From: a bacterium
GTDB taxonomy: Bacteria; Fidelibacterota; Fidelibacteria; Fidelibacterales; Fidelibacteraceae
Length of the DNA stretch: 64,000 nucleotides
NCBI GenBank assembly: GCA_963676395.1
Contig: OY781066.1
Location: forward strand, 1,760,001 to 1,824,000
Reading direction: 5' to 3'
Positions 8,606-18,646 of the stretch are shown here, one piece after another (the first letter of the stretch is position 1; every line of letters begins with the position of its first letter). Below the pieces are notes generated by a model. The model did not search any database and was not told where the DNA came from. It worked only from the letters and a program-made list of their open reading frames with translations. Made by a program: the position numbers and the translations under genes.

Positions 8606-8767
8606 TTGTAATCCTTTTATTTTCTTGTTTAATTATACGAAAATTACATTGATTCAATAAAGAAAAATCGTATTGAGTTAATGGATGTAAATTTGATCGA
8701 GTCGCAGGATTAAAATATTCTGAAAGCGATTATTGTCGGAAGTATTTTCTGTGAATTATGTAAACTA

Positions 8768-8805
8768 AACCGAGTCGCTTGCCTGCATGTTACATCGACT
8801 CGGTT
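8768..8805. repeat. REP-like inverted repeat (AACCGAGTCG family)
   Basis: AACCGAGTCG(8768-8777)...CGACTCGGTT(8796-8805); same core as the copies at 59464-59545 and 61722-61769. Confidence 0.7.
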
Positions 8806-9094
8806 GAATGAAACCCACAATTAGGCAGTTGAATTAATCTGAGGTCTCACTCCTGACTTTCGGTTTCTAGCCCCAAATGGTCAAAGGGCGCCTACCCTTA
8901 GATAGACGCCCTTTTAGGAAATAAAAAAGAGTTTTGATTTATTTCGTAAAAAGAAGACGAATTTTAATAAAAGATGTACTGAAAACAAAAAGATAAAAAA
9001 TATTTTTTATTGTTATCATTATCAAGTTTATTCATATATTTAAGATTGATTTGCTGAAAGGTGCGTAACGAATAAACGAAAAGGAAAAAAACGC

Positions 9095-10969
9095 ATGAAA
9101 CGTTTGATGTCTATCATCATGATGCTTTGTCTGGTTTTCTCATTTACTTTTGCAGGTGAAATGGATAACTCCAAACGCATTCCTACTCGCGACGAGATCG
9201 CCGAACAATATCGTTGGAATCTGTCCGATATTTATCCTACAACAGATGCATGGGAAAAAGATTTCTCATTGATCGAGGAAAATCTTGAAACTCTTCAGAA
9301 ATATAGAGGTAAGCTTGGAAAATCTGCTAAAAATCTAGAAGCTTGTTTAAAGGAATCTGAAAAGCTTGAAAGAGTTATTGACCAATTGTATGTAGCTTCA
9401 CATCTTCTTAAAGATCAGGATACAGGTAATTCAACATCTCAAGCTTTGGCTAATCGTATTGCTTCATTAAGTCAAAAGTTTTATCAAGGTCGCGCCTTCT
9501 TGTGGCCTGAAATTCAGGAGATTCCTGCAAAAAGATTGAAGAAATTTGTAAATTCTTCAGACTACCTGAAACAATATGAACATTCATTTGAAGATATGGT
9601 TCGTACTCAAGAACATATTTTAAGTGAACGCGAAGAGGAATTGCTTTCTATGGCCGGTAACATGTCTCGCGAATTTTCTTCAATTCGTGAAGCCTTAACA
9701 ACAGCCGACATTCAGTTCCCTATGGTTGAAGATGAAGAAGGTGATATGATCGAATTATCTTACGGTCGCTATCGTGCTTTGTTGATGTCGCATGATCCTC
9801 AAGTACGTCGTAATGGTTTCGAAGGTATGTACGGAACCTATGATAAGATCAAGAACACATCTGCTGCAGTTTATCGTGGCTCCGTGAAACAAGATATGTT
9901 CTATGCACAAGCTCGTGGATATGATTCATGTATCGAAATGGCACTTGATGGTGACAATGTTCCAGTTGAAGTGTATGATAACTTGATCGCTACGGTACAT
10001 GAATATATTGATCCTTTACAACGCTATATGAATATTCGCAAGAAGATATTGGGCGTTGATGAATTACACCTTTATGATACATCAGTTCCAATTATTAAAG
10101 GTTCAGACAAACGCTATACATATGAAGAAGCTGTTGATGTGATCCTCAAAGCATTGGAAGTTATGGGACCTCAATTTCAGGCCGATGCTAAAATGGCATT
10201 GAGTTCTCGCTGGGTTGATGTCTATGAAACAAAAGGTAAACGTTCAGGCGCCTATTCTTGGGGAACTTATGATTCTCATCCTTACATGCTGTTGAATTAT
10301 AATGGTACTCAGAATGATGTATTTACTTTGATCCACGAATTGGGTCACTCATTACATTCTTATTATACCAACTCAGCACAGCCTTACGCAACAGCGAATT
10401 ATTCATTGTTTGTTGCTGAAGTTGCTTCAACTTTTCTTGAAAATATCTTGATGGATTATCTTTTGAATACCATTGAAAGCAAAGATGAAAAACTTGCTCT
10501 TTTAGATCAATGGGCAGACAATATTACCGGTACTTTATATACCCAGACTCTCTTTGCAGAATTTGAACGTGAAGCTCACTCAAAAGCAGAACAAGGTATT
10601 CCTTTGACAGTTGATGTTTTGAATGAAACATACATGGATATCTTAAAAACATATTATGAAGGTTGTTTGACGCTTGATGAAGAATATGCTTTAACATGGA
10701 GTCGAATTCCTCATTTCTTCCGTCAATTTTATGTTTATAAATATGCCACATCAATTTCAGCGTCGACAGCTTTGAGCCAAAAAGTGATCGCTCAGGAAGA
10801 AAATGCAATGGAAAATTATATGAACTTCCTTCACAGCGGTTCATCAGATTATCCTATTGAATTGCTTAAAGGCGCCGGCGTTGATATGTCAACTCCCGAA
10901 CCTGTTGCAAATACCTTGAAACTTTTCGACAAGATCGTAACTCAAATGGAAGAGTTGATAAACGAATAA
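9095..10969 (+). CDS. pepF: Oligoendopeptidase F (M3B) with signal peptide
   Basis: WNLSDIY, GKRSGAYS, TLIHELGHSLH zinc motif, FVAEVAST, WSRIPHF, YVYKYAT. Confidence 0.95.
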   Translation: MKRLMSIIMMLCLVFSFTFAGEMDNSKRIPTRDEIAEQYRWNLSDIYPTTDAWEKDFSLIEENLETLQKYRGKLGKSAKNLEACLKESEKLERVIDQLYVASHLLKDQDTGNSTSQALANRIASLSQKFYQGRAFLWPEIQEIPAKRLKKFVNSSDYLKQYEHSFEDMVRTQEHILSEREEELLSMAGNMSREFSSIREALTTADIQFPMVEDEEGDMIELSYGRYRALLMSHDPQVRRNGFEGMYGTYDKIKNTSAAVYRGSVKQDMFYAQARGYDSCIEMALDGDNVPVEVYDNLIATVHEYIDPLQRYMNIRKKILGVDELHLYDTSVPIIKGSDKRYTYEEAVDVILKALEVMGPQFQADAKMALSSRWVDVYETKGKRSGAYSWGTYDSHPYMLLNYNGTQNDVFTLIHELGHSLHSYYTNSAQPYATANYSLFVAEVASTFLENILMDYLLNTIESKDEKLALLDQWADNITGTLYTQTLFAEFEREAHSKAEQGIPLTVDVLNETYMDILKTYYEGCLTLDEEYALTWSRIPHFFRQFYVYKYATSISASTALSQKVIAQEENAMENYMNFLHSGSSDYPIELLKGAGVDMSTPEPVANTLKLFDKIVTQMEELINE

Positions 10970-11004
10970 AAGTTTCGCATAATATAAAATATCTTATTAG
11001 ATTT

Positions 11005-11037
11005 ATTCCCGTGGAGAGTCTCCACGGGAATTTTTTT
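11005..11037 (+). terminator. Rho-independent terminator
   Basis: ATTCCCGTGGAGA-G-TCTCCACGGGAAT plus T-tract. Confidence 0.75.
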
Positions 11038-11060
11038 ATCAAACCAAAGAAAGGATAAGC

Positions 11061-11930
11061 ATGAAAAAGATCCTTGTACTGTTACTGATTATGTTGATAT
11101 CTATTCCACTTCTTGCTGAAGATGAGAAAGAGAAAAGTCTTTGGGAAAACAAAGGTCAAACTTCTTTCCAATTTGCTCAAGCTGCCTTCAAAAATTGGGC
11201 CGGCGGTGGTACGAATGCTTTATCTTTAAATACATTATTGACCTATTACGTCAGTTATAAAAGAGATAAGTTTTCATGGAAAAATAATTTCGAAGTTGGG
11301 TACGGTTTTCAATATGCTTTGCAAACCATGCAGAAAACTGATGATAAACTAGATTATTCTACTTCTTTGGATTTTACTGCCGGTAAAAGCTGGGATTATT
11401 CCGGTGCCTTGAGTTTTAAAACTCAAATGGTCAAAGGTTATGATAGCGGAAACCTGATATCAAACTTTTTTGCTCCCGCTTATGTGGTTATTTCCGGTGG
11501 CATGACCTTTGCTCCGAATGAAGATTTAAATATTTTGCTTGCTCCTGTAACAGGAAAAATGACATTTGTAACGGATCCCGTATTATCTGCAGCCGGATCT
11601 TATGGTGTTGATCCCGGTAAGACTTTGAGAGCGGAGTTGGGTGGTTTTATTAAAATGTCACTTAAATATGAATTGTTAGAAAATGTATTAATGAGAACAA
11701 AATTAGAGTTATTCTCAAATTATGCCGATAATCCCCAATTTGTTGATGTAAACTGGGATCTTTTGATAGCTATGAAGATCAACAAATACCTGTCTGCCAA
11801 TATTTCTACGAACTTGATATATGATCATGATATTGATATTAAACATGAAAACTTACAGGGTGTTACTGTAACCGGACCGGCCGTACAATTTAAAGAAATG
11901 TTCTCATTGGGTGTAACGTTTATTCTTTAG
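11061..11930 (+). CDS. DUF3078-family outer membrane beta-barrel
   Basis: Signal peptide; QAAFKNWAGGGTN, KTDD, SNFFAPAY, LELFSNY, MKINKYLSAN, LIYDHD. Confidence 0.85.
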   Translation: MKKILVLLLIMLISIPLLAEDEKEKSLWENKGQTSFQFAQAAFKNWAGGGTNALSLNTLLTYYVSYKRDKFSWKNNFEVGYGFQYALQTMQKTDDKLDYSTSLDFTAGKSWDYSGALSFKTQMVKGYDSGNLISNFFAPAYVVISGGMTFAPNEDLNILLAPVTGKMTFVTDPVLSAAGSYGVDPGKTLRAELGGFIKMSLKYELLENVLMRTKLELFSNYADNPQFVDVNWDLLIAMKINKYLSANISTNLIYDHDIDIKHENLQGVTVTGPAVQFKEMFSLGVTFIL

Positions 11931-11938
11931 GAGGAAAT

Positions 11939-12289
11939 ATGATTATTAAATCCTTAAAAAATGTTGAAAAGAAAACAGTCAATATGGAAGGTGTCAAGAA
12001 TGCTTTTCGTCAAGTACCCGTGGGGATTGCCGATGGTACACCGAACCTTTCTTTTCGTGTATTCACACTAGAACCCGGTGGTCACACGCCGTTTCATATA
12101 CATGAATCTGAGCACGTGAATTATTTTATTTCCGGGAAAGGTGCCGTTCGGGATGAACAAGGGGTTTTGCATCCTGTTGAAGCGGGTGACTTTTCCTTGA
12201 TCATGCCTCAGGAAAAACATCAGTATCGCAATACCTCCGATACGGAAGACCTGGTCTTTATCTGTGCGGTGATGAAAGAATATGAATAA
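11939..12289 (+). CDS. Cupin domain protein
   Basis: PGGHTPFHIHESEH...EKHQYRN cupin motifs. Confidence 0.9.
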   Translation: MIIKSLKNVEKKTVNMEGVKNAFRQVPVGIADGTPNLSFRVFTLEPGGHTPFHIHESEHVNYFISGKGAVRDEQGVLHPVEAGDFSLIMPQEKHQYRNTSDTEDLVFICAVMKEYE

Positions 12290-12350
12290 GAATAAGAATA
12301 TTCTATAGCCTTGAGTTTAAACCCAAGGTAAATGAAAAAAAGATTTATAA

Positions 12351-12380
12351 CAAAAACGGCATCTTGAGATGCCGTTTTTG
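12351..12380. terminator. Bidirectional terminator between convergent genes
   Basis: CAAAAACGGCATCT-TG-AGATGCCGTTTTTG. Confidence 0.8.
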
Positions 12381-12423
12381 CGTTGTTGGAATGAAACCAA
12401 AAAGAGAAAACTAATATACTTTG

Positions 12424-13782
12424 CTAATTATTATTACTTAGCGATTTAAGATGTTTAAATTCGGATGTTACCATAAATAAAACCCAGATAATGATGAGCA
12501 TATCTATTAAAAATGAACCGATATAAATCCATTGTATTCCGAAAAACCTGGGGAGGATAAGCATTACAGGTACATATAAAATCAATTGCCTTACAATACC
12601 CATGATGGATACCGTTTTCCCTTTGTTTATCGCCGGGAAAAAGGTCATAGCCATAAATATTAAAGGTAATACTGGAAGCAAGGCCATAAAGAACCTGAAG
12701 TTACTAATGTCAGAGGCAAGAAAGTTTTTTGCCGGTAGCATTAAATGCAGTACCGTCTCAGGGCTAATCATCATGATAAGCCAGAAGGGTGTCATCAGGA
12801 TTGTAGCTGCAAATCCAAAGATTTTGAAATTGCTGATAACTCTGTCATATTTTTTAGCTCCAAAGTTGATTCCCACTGCAGGCTGAAGGGCTCTCATTAA
12901 TCCAAAGATTGGCGTTAGCATAAATAAAAAGATTCTGTATACAATACCGTAAAAAGCCAGATCCGAAGTAGTGCCAAAGCGACTCAGGGCATTAAGAACA
13001 ACAATTCCTTGAATAAGGGTCATTACTGTCATGATCAAAGAGGGGATCCCGTTGGATATCATAGTTTTTATAATTTCTTTATCTCTGGATAATGCGAAAG
13101 GTTTAGCTTCAAATGAAATATGTTTACCTGAAGCATAGATGAAAAATATTATCGTATAAACCAGCATGCCTATATTGGTTCCCCAGGCTGCTCCTTTAAC
13201 TCCAAGGTCGAGAACAACGATAAAGAAGTAATTAGCAATAATGTTTACCGCTAACCCTATACCCATCATAATAGCCGCTGAGCCCATTTTACCTTCGGAA
13301 CGTACTAGCATATTACCCGAAAGTCCCGTAATCCAAAATATGGAGCCAAAGAGTGTAATTCGAAAATAGTCTACGCCAAAAACCAGTGCTTTACCTGTTC
13401 CTCCCATCATTACAATTAAAGGTTTACAGAAGAGAAGCCCCAGTACAGTTAAACTAATACCAAAAACTATGTTTAGATAGTTAAGGTTACCAAGGATTTT
13501 TTTTTGAGTACTATGATCATTTGCTCCAAGTGCAATACTGAGCGCTGATCCTGCCCCCACTCCCACAAGCGAGCCTAACCCGAGAGAGATTTGACTCAGA
13601 GGATAAGCTAGAGATATTCCTGCAAGAGCTGTTTCTCCAACAAATCGACCAACAAAGATGGCATCAAAAATTGTATTAAAACCGTAAAGTATCATGGCGA
13701 TGACAGCCGGCCATGAAAGTTTAAACATCACGTGCCAGATATTGTCGTTAAGAATCATATTTTTTTGTTTATTATTACTCAT
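12424..13782 (-). CDS. MATE family efflux transporter
   Basis: About 12 TM segments; LSWPAVI, FDAIFVGRFVG, VRSEG, LGVKGAAWGT, QPAVGINFGAK. Confidence 0.9.
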   Translation of the reverse strand: MSNNKQKNMILNDNIWHVMFKLSWPAVIAMILYGFNTIFDAIFVGRFVGETALAGISLAYPLSQISLGLGSLVGVGAGSALSIALGANDHSTQKKILGNLNYLNIVFGISLTVLGLLFCKPLIVMMGGTGKALVFGVDYFRITLFGSIFWITGLSGNMLVRSEGKMGSAAIMMGIGLAVNIIANYFFIVVLDLGVKGAAWGTNIGMLVYTIIFFIYASGKHISFEAKPFALSRDKEIIKTMISNGIPSLIMTVMTLIQGIVVLNALSRFGTTSDLAFYGIVYRIFLFMLTPIFGLMRALQPAVGINFGAKKYDRVISNFKIFGFAATILMTPFWLIMMISPETVLHLMLPAKNFLASDISNFRFFMALLPVLPLIFMAMTFFPAINKGKTVSIMGIVRQLILYVPVMLILPRFFGIQWIYIGSFLIDMLIIIWVLFMVTSEFKHLKSLSNNN

Positions 13783-13919
13783 CGAATATTATCCTATCTA
13801 TTTTGATTATATAACGGGGCCATAAAAGCTATAGATAAAAAGAATACTCTAAAGAATACTTTTCTTAAAATTTGCATGAATGCCTCCAGTATTGTCATGA
13901 TTTAAAAATTGTTAAGTTT

Positions 13920-14303
13920 TCAGATCATTACAGGAGGTGCTCTTTTCTGAGTAGCATGTTGAATGAAAGGTAATTGTTGTATATACTGTCCCCGGGAAGT
14001 GAGATCAGTATTAGAAAAGAGGAAAAATAATAGGAAAATAAAAATGGCGAGGATGGTGTTGAGAGCTTGTATAAAATATAGTTGCGACTGCGAATGCCGG
14101 TGAGTGGCTTCATTAGGTTGTTCGTTGTGACTGAATGGATGAGAGTGTACCATTATCCGTCCATTCTCCATCCTATGCAAATGGAGAAAAAAACTGCTGT
14201 TGATAAGAACAAGTACAAAAGCAAAGATCAGTATATAAACTAATATAGCCTGTCGTTTGTTTGCGACGTATTTATTATACTGACTGTTAATTGTTATGAT
14301 CAA
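13920..14303 (-). CDS. His-rich small membrane protein with C-terminal RAPP motif (DUF2946/CutF/CruR-like leader candidate)
   Basis: Probable TTG start at 14303 after GAAGG; TM-FLHLHRMENGRIMVHSHPFSH..THRH-TM-...KRAPPVMI*. Confidence 0.7.
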   Translation of the reverse strand: MIITINSQYNKYVANKRQAILVYILIFAFVLVLINSSFFLHLHRMENGRIMVHSHPFSHNEQPNEATHRHSQSQLYFIQALNTILAIFIFLLFFLFSNTDLTSRGQYIQQLPFIQHATQKRAPPVMI

Positions 14304-14566
14304 CTTGCTTCCTTCTTCAATAAGGCGTAAAGCTACAATCGAATATTTAATAAAACAAGTATAATTGAGAATTAATCTCAATTTATTGTGATTTAATGGA
14401 TTTAAAATTGATTGTTTCGCTTACACTTAAGAGTGTGAGGTGCTGGTGAGGATATGTTTAGACTCTACATTTTTTTAAATATTTCATCTAATATCGAAAT
14501 AATATTAAAACCATTTCATGTTATGATGATTTTCAATTAAATTTGTCCTGATATGTTTAAGAAAGG

Positions 14567-16063
14567 ATGTTTATGAAACGATTCAGCACATTATTGCTTA
14601 TTTCTCTGTTTGTTATTTCATGCGGGGCTACCTCTCAAAGTATTGTAAAAACCGGAGGTGCGGATTTTAATTCACTAATGAAAAATATTGATGCTATTGT
14701 TCATGATGAAGAATTTGCTCACGCGCATTGGGGAGTAATGATTAAATCATTGGATAAAGATGAGGTTTGGTATGCTCACAATGCCGAGCGTATGTTTATG
14801 CCTGCATCAAATAATAAGATTCCTTCGACCGCAGCAGCTTTGAAAGTATTGGGGAAAGATTTTCGTTTTGAAACTAAGGTTTATACCAAAGGCTATATCA
14901 AGAATGGCGTTCTTCACGGAGATTTGATCGTCTGGTCAAATGGCGATCCAACCATGTATGAAAAGTATATGGATGATTCAAAAGCGGTATTTAAAGCATG
15001 GGCCGATACGCTTAAAAAGCAGGGAGTACATCATATAACCGGTGATATTATCGGCAATGACGATGCTTTTGATGATACTCATATTGGAGAGGGCTGGGCC
15101 TGGGATTATCAGAGCGTATGGTATGCTGCGCAATTTGGTGCCTTGCAGTTTAATGAAAACTATGTTGATGTCAAGATCGTCCCACCTGCAACGGTGGATG
15201 GTGATGTTGTTCTTATTCCTAATGTTGAGACATCCTATTTTAATTTAAACGATGATTTTGAGATCAAAGAAAACGGTTGGAATAAAATATCGATGCACCG
15301 CGATTTTTACTCAAATGATATAACCCTATACGGTGAATTGGTAGCCGGTACCGATACAACAGAAAGAACTCCTACCATTGATAATCCCACAAAATATTAT
15401 GTCCATGTGTTGAAAGAAACATTGGAAGAGTGTGGTGTTGATGTTCAGGGTAAGGCTATGGATTGTGATGATGTTGTAGGGTGGAAGAATGAAGAAATGT
15501 GTGATGATAATGTTAAAATATTAGCTGTTTATCATTCCGTACCGCTAAGTGAAGTGGTAAAACGCTGTTTGAAGCGCTCCCAGAATATGTATGCAGAAAC
15601 CATGCCCAGAGTATTATCATGGTATGTTACGGGAGAAGGCAGTATCGAAGCCGGTCGTGAGATCATGGATTCTATTTTTACTGATTTTGACATAGAACCA
15701 GGCTCATGGGCTTATGTAGATGGATCAGGTTTAACTCGCTATGATTATATTTCACCGGAAGTTTTAGTTAAAATTTTAGAAGGAATGTATCGTTCGGATC
15801 TTAAAGATGTTTGGATGGAATCTTTACCAATTTCCGGAGTGGATGGGACTTTAAGACGTCGTATGAAAGGTACGGCAGCGTATAAAAAGGTTCTGGCTAA
15901 GACAGGCACTATTTCGAATACTCGAGGACTTAGTGGTTACACCACAACCGCTTCCGGCGAAAACATAGTATTCTCATTTCTGGTTAATGGACATTTACTC
16001 AGCTCAAAAGATACAGAAAGGATTACGGATTCTATCCTTGAGTTGATTTGTGAATACAAATAG
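14567..16063 (+). CDS. dacB: D-Ala-D-Ala carboxypeptidase/endopeptidase (S13, PBP4), lipoprotein
   Basis: PASNNK (SxxK), SQN (SxN), DGSGLTR, GVDGTL, AKTGT; lipobox VISC. Confidence 0.93.
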   Translation: MFMKRFSTLLLISLFVISCGATSQSIVKTGGADFNSLMKNIDAIVHDEEFAHAHWGVMIKSLDKDEVWYAHNAERMFMPASNNKIPSTAAALKVLGKDFRFETKVYTKGYIKNGVLHGDLIVWSNGDPTMYEKYMDDSKAVFKAWADTLKKQGVHHITGDIIGNDDAFDDTHIGEGWAWDYQSVWYAAQFGALQFNENYVDVKIVPPATVDGDVVLIPNVETSYFNLNDDFEIKENGWNKISMHRDFYSNDITLYGELVAGTDTTERTPTIDNPTKYYVHVLKETLEECGVDVQGKAMDCDDVVGWKNEEMCDDNVKILAVYHSVPLSEVVKRCLKRSQNMYAETMPRVLSWYVTGEGSIEAGREIMDSIFTDFDIEPGSWAYVDGSGLTRYDYISPEVLVKILEGMYRSDLKDVWMESLPISGVDGTLRRRMKGTAAYKKVLAKTGTISNTRGLSGYTTTASGENIVFSFLVNGHLLSSKDTERITDSILELICEYK

Positions 16064-16091
16064 TTGTTTTCCATAATAAAATTTTTGCAAG

Positions 16092-16130
16092 AATTAGTAA
16101 AGACGGAGTATTACCCCGTCTTTACTAATT
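16092..16130. terminator. Terminator hairpin between convergent genes
   Basis: AATTAGTAAAGACGG...CCGTCTTTACTAATT. Confidence 0.7.
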
Positions 16131-16146
16131 TATAGCAAATATAATT

Positions 16147-17619
16147 TTACTTTCCTGTGGGAAACTTCACGGTAAACTTTGAGCCTTTTTCGTACTCGGA
16201 GCTTACAAAAATCTGTCCATGATATTCATCCACGATTTTTTTAAGAATGGTCATACCCAGTCCGGTACCGCTGATCTTACGAGTATGTTCATTCTTGGCA
16301 CGAAAAAATTCTTCAAATAGGCGTTCGCTTTCTTTCGCTTTCATACCGATACCCGTATCTTCAATGCTGACGATAACATGTTTGTCATCTTTGGATGCAT
16401 TTACAATTATTCGGCCTTCATCTTTATTGTATTTGATAGCGTTTGAGATCAAATTGGTATAAACACGACGAATTTCTTCGCGATCGGCATCCATATATAA
16501 TTCTTTGTCTATGGATGTCTCAAGTTTTAGCTTTTTACTACGTATATTACTGGTAAAAAATTCCAAAGTTTCTTCAAGAAGATCGCCGGCATCGATGTGT
16601 TCGATTTCTCGACGAATGGTTTGGGCATCCATTCTAAAGATATTTAAGAGATCCTGCAATAGGGCCAGCATTGCTTCGGAACGATTTAGAGAGCGTTTTA
16701 AATATTTTTCATAGAGTTCTTCGTTATCACCTAATTGTTTTTCGGTGACCATCTCAAGATAACCCTTAATAGCACCCAACGGCGCTTTCAATTCATGCGC
16801 AACCATGTTGATGAATTCAGATTTTGATAGCTCTAATTCTTTGATTTCAGTAATGTCCCTTAAAACCGATACAACTCCGTTCATTTTTCCGTTTTCATCA
16901 AGAATGGGAGTAGAGTTAGCCATAACTACCAGTTTGGCCGGGGGTGTGATAATGATCTCTTCTTTGATAGAACAAGTGCTTGCATTGCTCATAAAAGCAT
17001 TATCAATTTGCTCTTGTAATTTTTTGGGAAGGATCTCAAATATTTTTTCACCAACCGGGATCTCGCGCTCAACACCGATAAGTTTCATAAATCTAGGATT
17101 GGTAAAAATGATCTCCCGTCTGGAATTTGTGATCATTAAACCATCATCAATGGTATTAATCACGGAACGAAGTCGTGATTGTTCTTCGGAAATAGCCAGA
17201 AGATTTTCATTTTTTTCTTCTTCCAGGCGGCGGGCTTCACGAATATACCAACGACGTTCGGTAGCTCGTTTTAAGAGTCTTTCAAATTTGTGGTGTCTGA
17301 TAGGTTTTTTTAGGAAATCATAAGATCCGAGACGAGCACTTTTCATGATGGTATCGATCTCGGGGTCTTGTTCCATCATCACACAAATAGCTTCAGGATA
17401 AGCCTTATGAATTTTTGATAAAACCTCAAGTCCGGGGCGGTCGCCAAGTTGGGTAGCTATGAGATATATATCGTATTCTTTATTTGTACCTCGCTTGATA
17501 CCTTCCTGGGCATTAAGCTTTACGTCAAGCTTAAATGGCTCCTTGATAGCATGCTTGATGCTGTCTATAACCTTTAGGTCTTTTTCAATCAATAAAATAT
17601 GTGCGCCGGTCAATAACAT
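16147..17619 (-). CDS. Hybrid histidine kinase: (pseudo)receiver-PAS-HisKA-HATPase
   Basis: VAHELKAPL H-box, NLISNAIKY N-box, DTGIG, GTGLG; PAS domain; degenerate N-terminal receiver. Confidence 0.9.
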   Translation of the reverse strand: MLLTGAHILLIEKDLKVIDSIKHAIKEPFKLDVKLNAQEGIKRGTNKEYDIYLIATQLGDRPGLEVLSKIHKAYPEAICVMMEQDPEIDTIMKSARLGSYDFLKKPIRHHKFERLLKRATERRWYIREARRLEEEKNENLLAISEEQSRLRSVINTIDDGLMITNSRREIIFTNPRFMKLIGVEREIPVGEKIFEILPKKLQEQIDNAFMSNASTCSIKEEIIITPPAKLVVMANSTPILDENGKMNGVVSVLRDITEIKELELSKSEFINMVAHELKAPLGAIKGYLEMVTEKQLGDNEELYEKYLKRSLNRSEAMLALLQDLLNIFRMDAQTIRREIEHIDAGDLLEETLEFFTSNIRSKKLKLETSIDKELYMDADREEIRRVYTNLISNAIKYNKDEGRIIVNASKDDKHVIVSIEDTGIGMKAKESERLFEEFFRAKNEHTRKISGTGLGMTILKKIVDEYHGQIFVSSEYEKGSKFTVKFPTGK

Positions 17620-17659
17620 GCCAAATAATATTGATTATTGAGACGCAAAGCAAAGATTA

Positions 17660-17698
17660 ATTGAGAATTGAGAGTGAAATTAAGAATTAAAAATTGAA
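17660..17698. repeat. Degenerate heptamer tandem repeat (AATTGAG/AATTAAG)
   Basis: AATTGAG AATTGAG AGTGA AATTAAG AATTAAA AATTGA. Confidence 0.4.
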
Positions 17699-17834
17699 TA
17701 TGTGGTCATTGGGACTAATGTCAATTGGTCAACGAAGCCGGTGCAGGCCATCGAAGAAAATTAAATATTATTTGTATCTCGTGAAAAAATGAAATACATT
17801 ATTAATGTAGGTATAAAATAAAGGAGATTCTCCA

Positions 17835-18302
17835 ATGAAAACGAAATCGGTTTTAATAGTGCTATTATTAGTTATAAGCTTAATTTTTACTTCATGCTTT
17901 GAAGAAAATGCGGTTTATAAGTCAATAATAATCAATTTGAATGATTTTGCAGACGCAATGGGTGATTGTGATGGGGCTGCAAGTACTGAGGAAATTGAAG
18001 CTGTAAATGAATACTTTCTAAATAATTCTTTAGCTTATTTTATGATAGGTAGTTTAAATATTTATGATCCGCCAATTTCCGGTAGTGAATTTGCAAATAG
18101 ATTTCATATAATGTCACTGTCAGAAATATATTCAAGTGAAAATCAAATGAGAGAAGCGTTTGAAGGAGTAGGGATAAAAACACCTTGGGTCGCAATTTCA
18201 CTGGCGATCTTGATAGATGGTGATATTACTATTACACATATTTATCGAGCACCCGGACCTAATGTTTATGAAGGTGCATGGGAAAGAGTAGAAGTAGAAT
18301 AA
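17835..18302 (+). CDS. Hypothetical lipoprotein
   Basis: AAGGAG RBS; lipobox IFTSC; own terminator. Confidence 0.75.
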   Translation: MKTKSVLIVLLLVISLIFTSCFEENAVYKSIIINLNDFADAMGDCDGAASTEEIEAVNEYFLNNSLAYFMIGSLNIYDPPISGSEFANRFHIMSLSEIYSSENQMREAFEGVGIKTPWVAISLAILIDGDITITHIYRAPGPNVYEGAWERVEVE

Positions 18303-18324
18303 TAAAAAAAACAAATTAAAATTT

Positions 18325-18352
18325 AAAAGCCATGCTTAAGCATGGCTTTTTT
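18325..18352 (+). terminator. Rho-independent terminator
   Basis: AAAAGCCATGCTTAAGCATGGCTTTTTT. Confidence 0.8.
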
Positions 18353-18646
18353 ATTGGAATTCGTATTGATTAAATGTTTATGTGTTTATAACTCATGTAT
18401 GAAGCTATATCAATTTAGGGCGGGGGGAGAAATTCATACAATATCCCAACCCTTCGGGGTTTAAACCGTAAAAGGTGCTTGAACCAATTTGTGTAGATAC
18501 CCCGGCATAAAAAGTCAGGCAATGAATAATACACTATTTATGATAAATTTAATTACAGCGCAATTGCCATCTGTCAATCGTTAATTGCCCATTGTTTCAG
18601 CTTCTTTTTTACTTTCTTTAGACTTATATTAGAAATTTGGTACTCG

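Noticed and set aside
18415..18520. GC-rich patch with CAACCCTTCGGGGTT
   Set aside because: Looks like a degenerate REP remnant; single copy, no recognisable RNA family. Similar weak relics near 56915 and 58185 were also not called.
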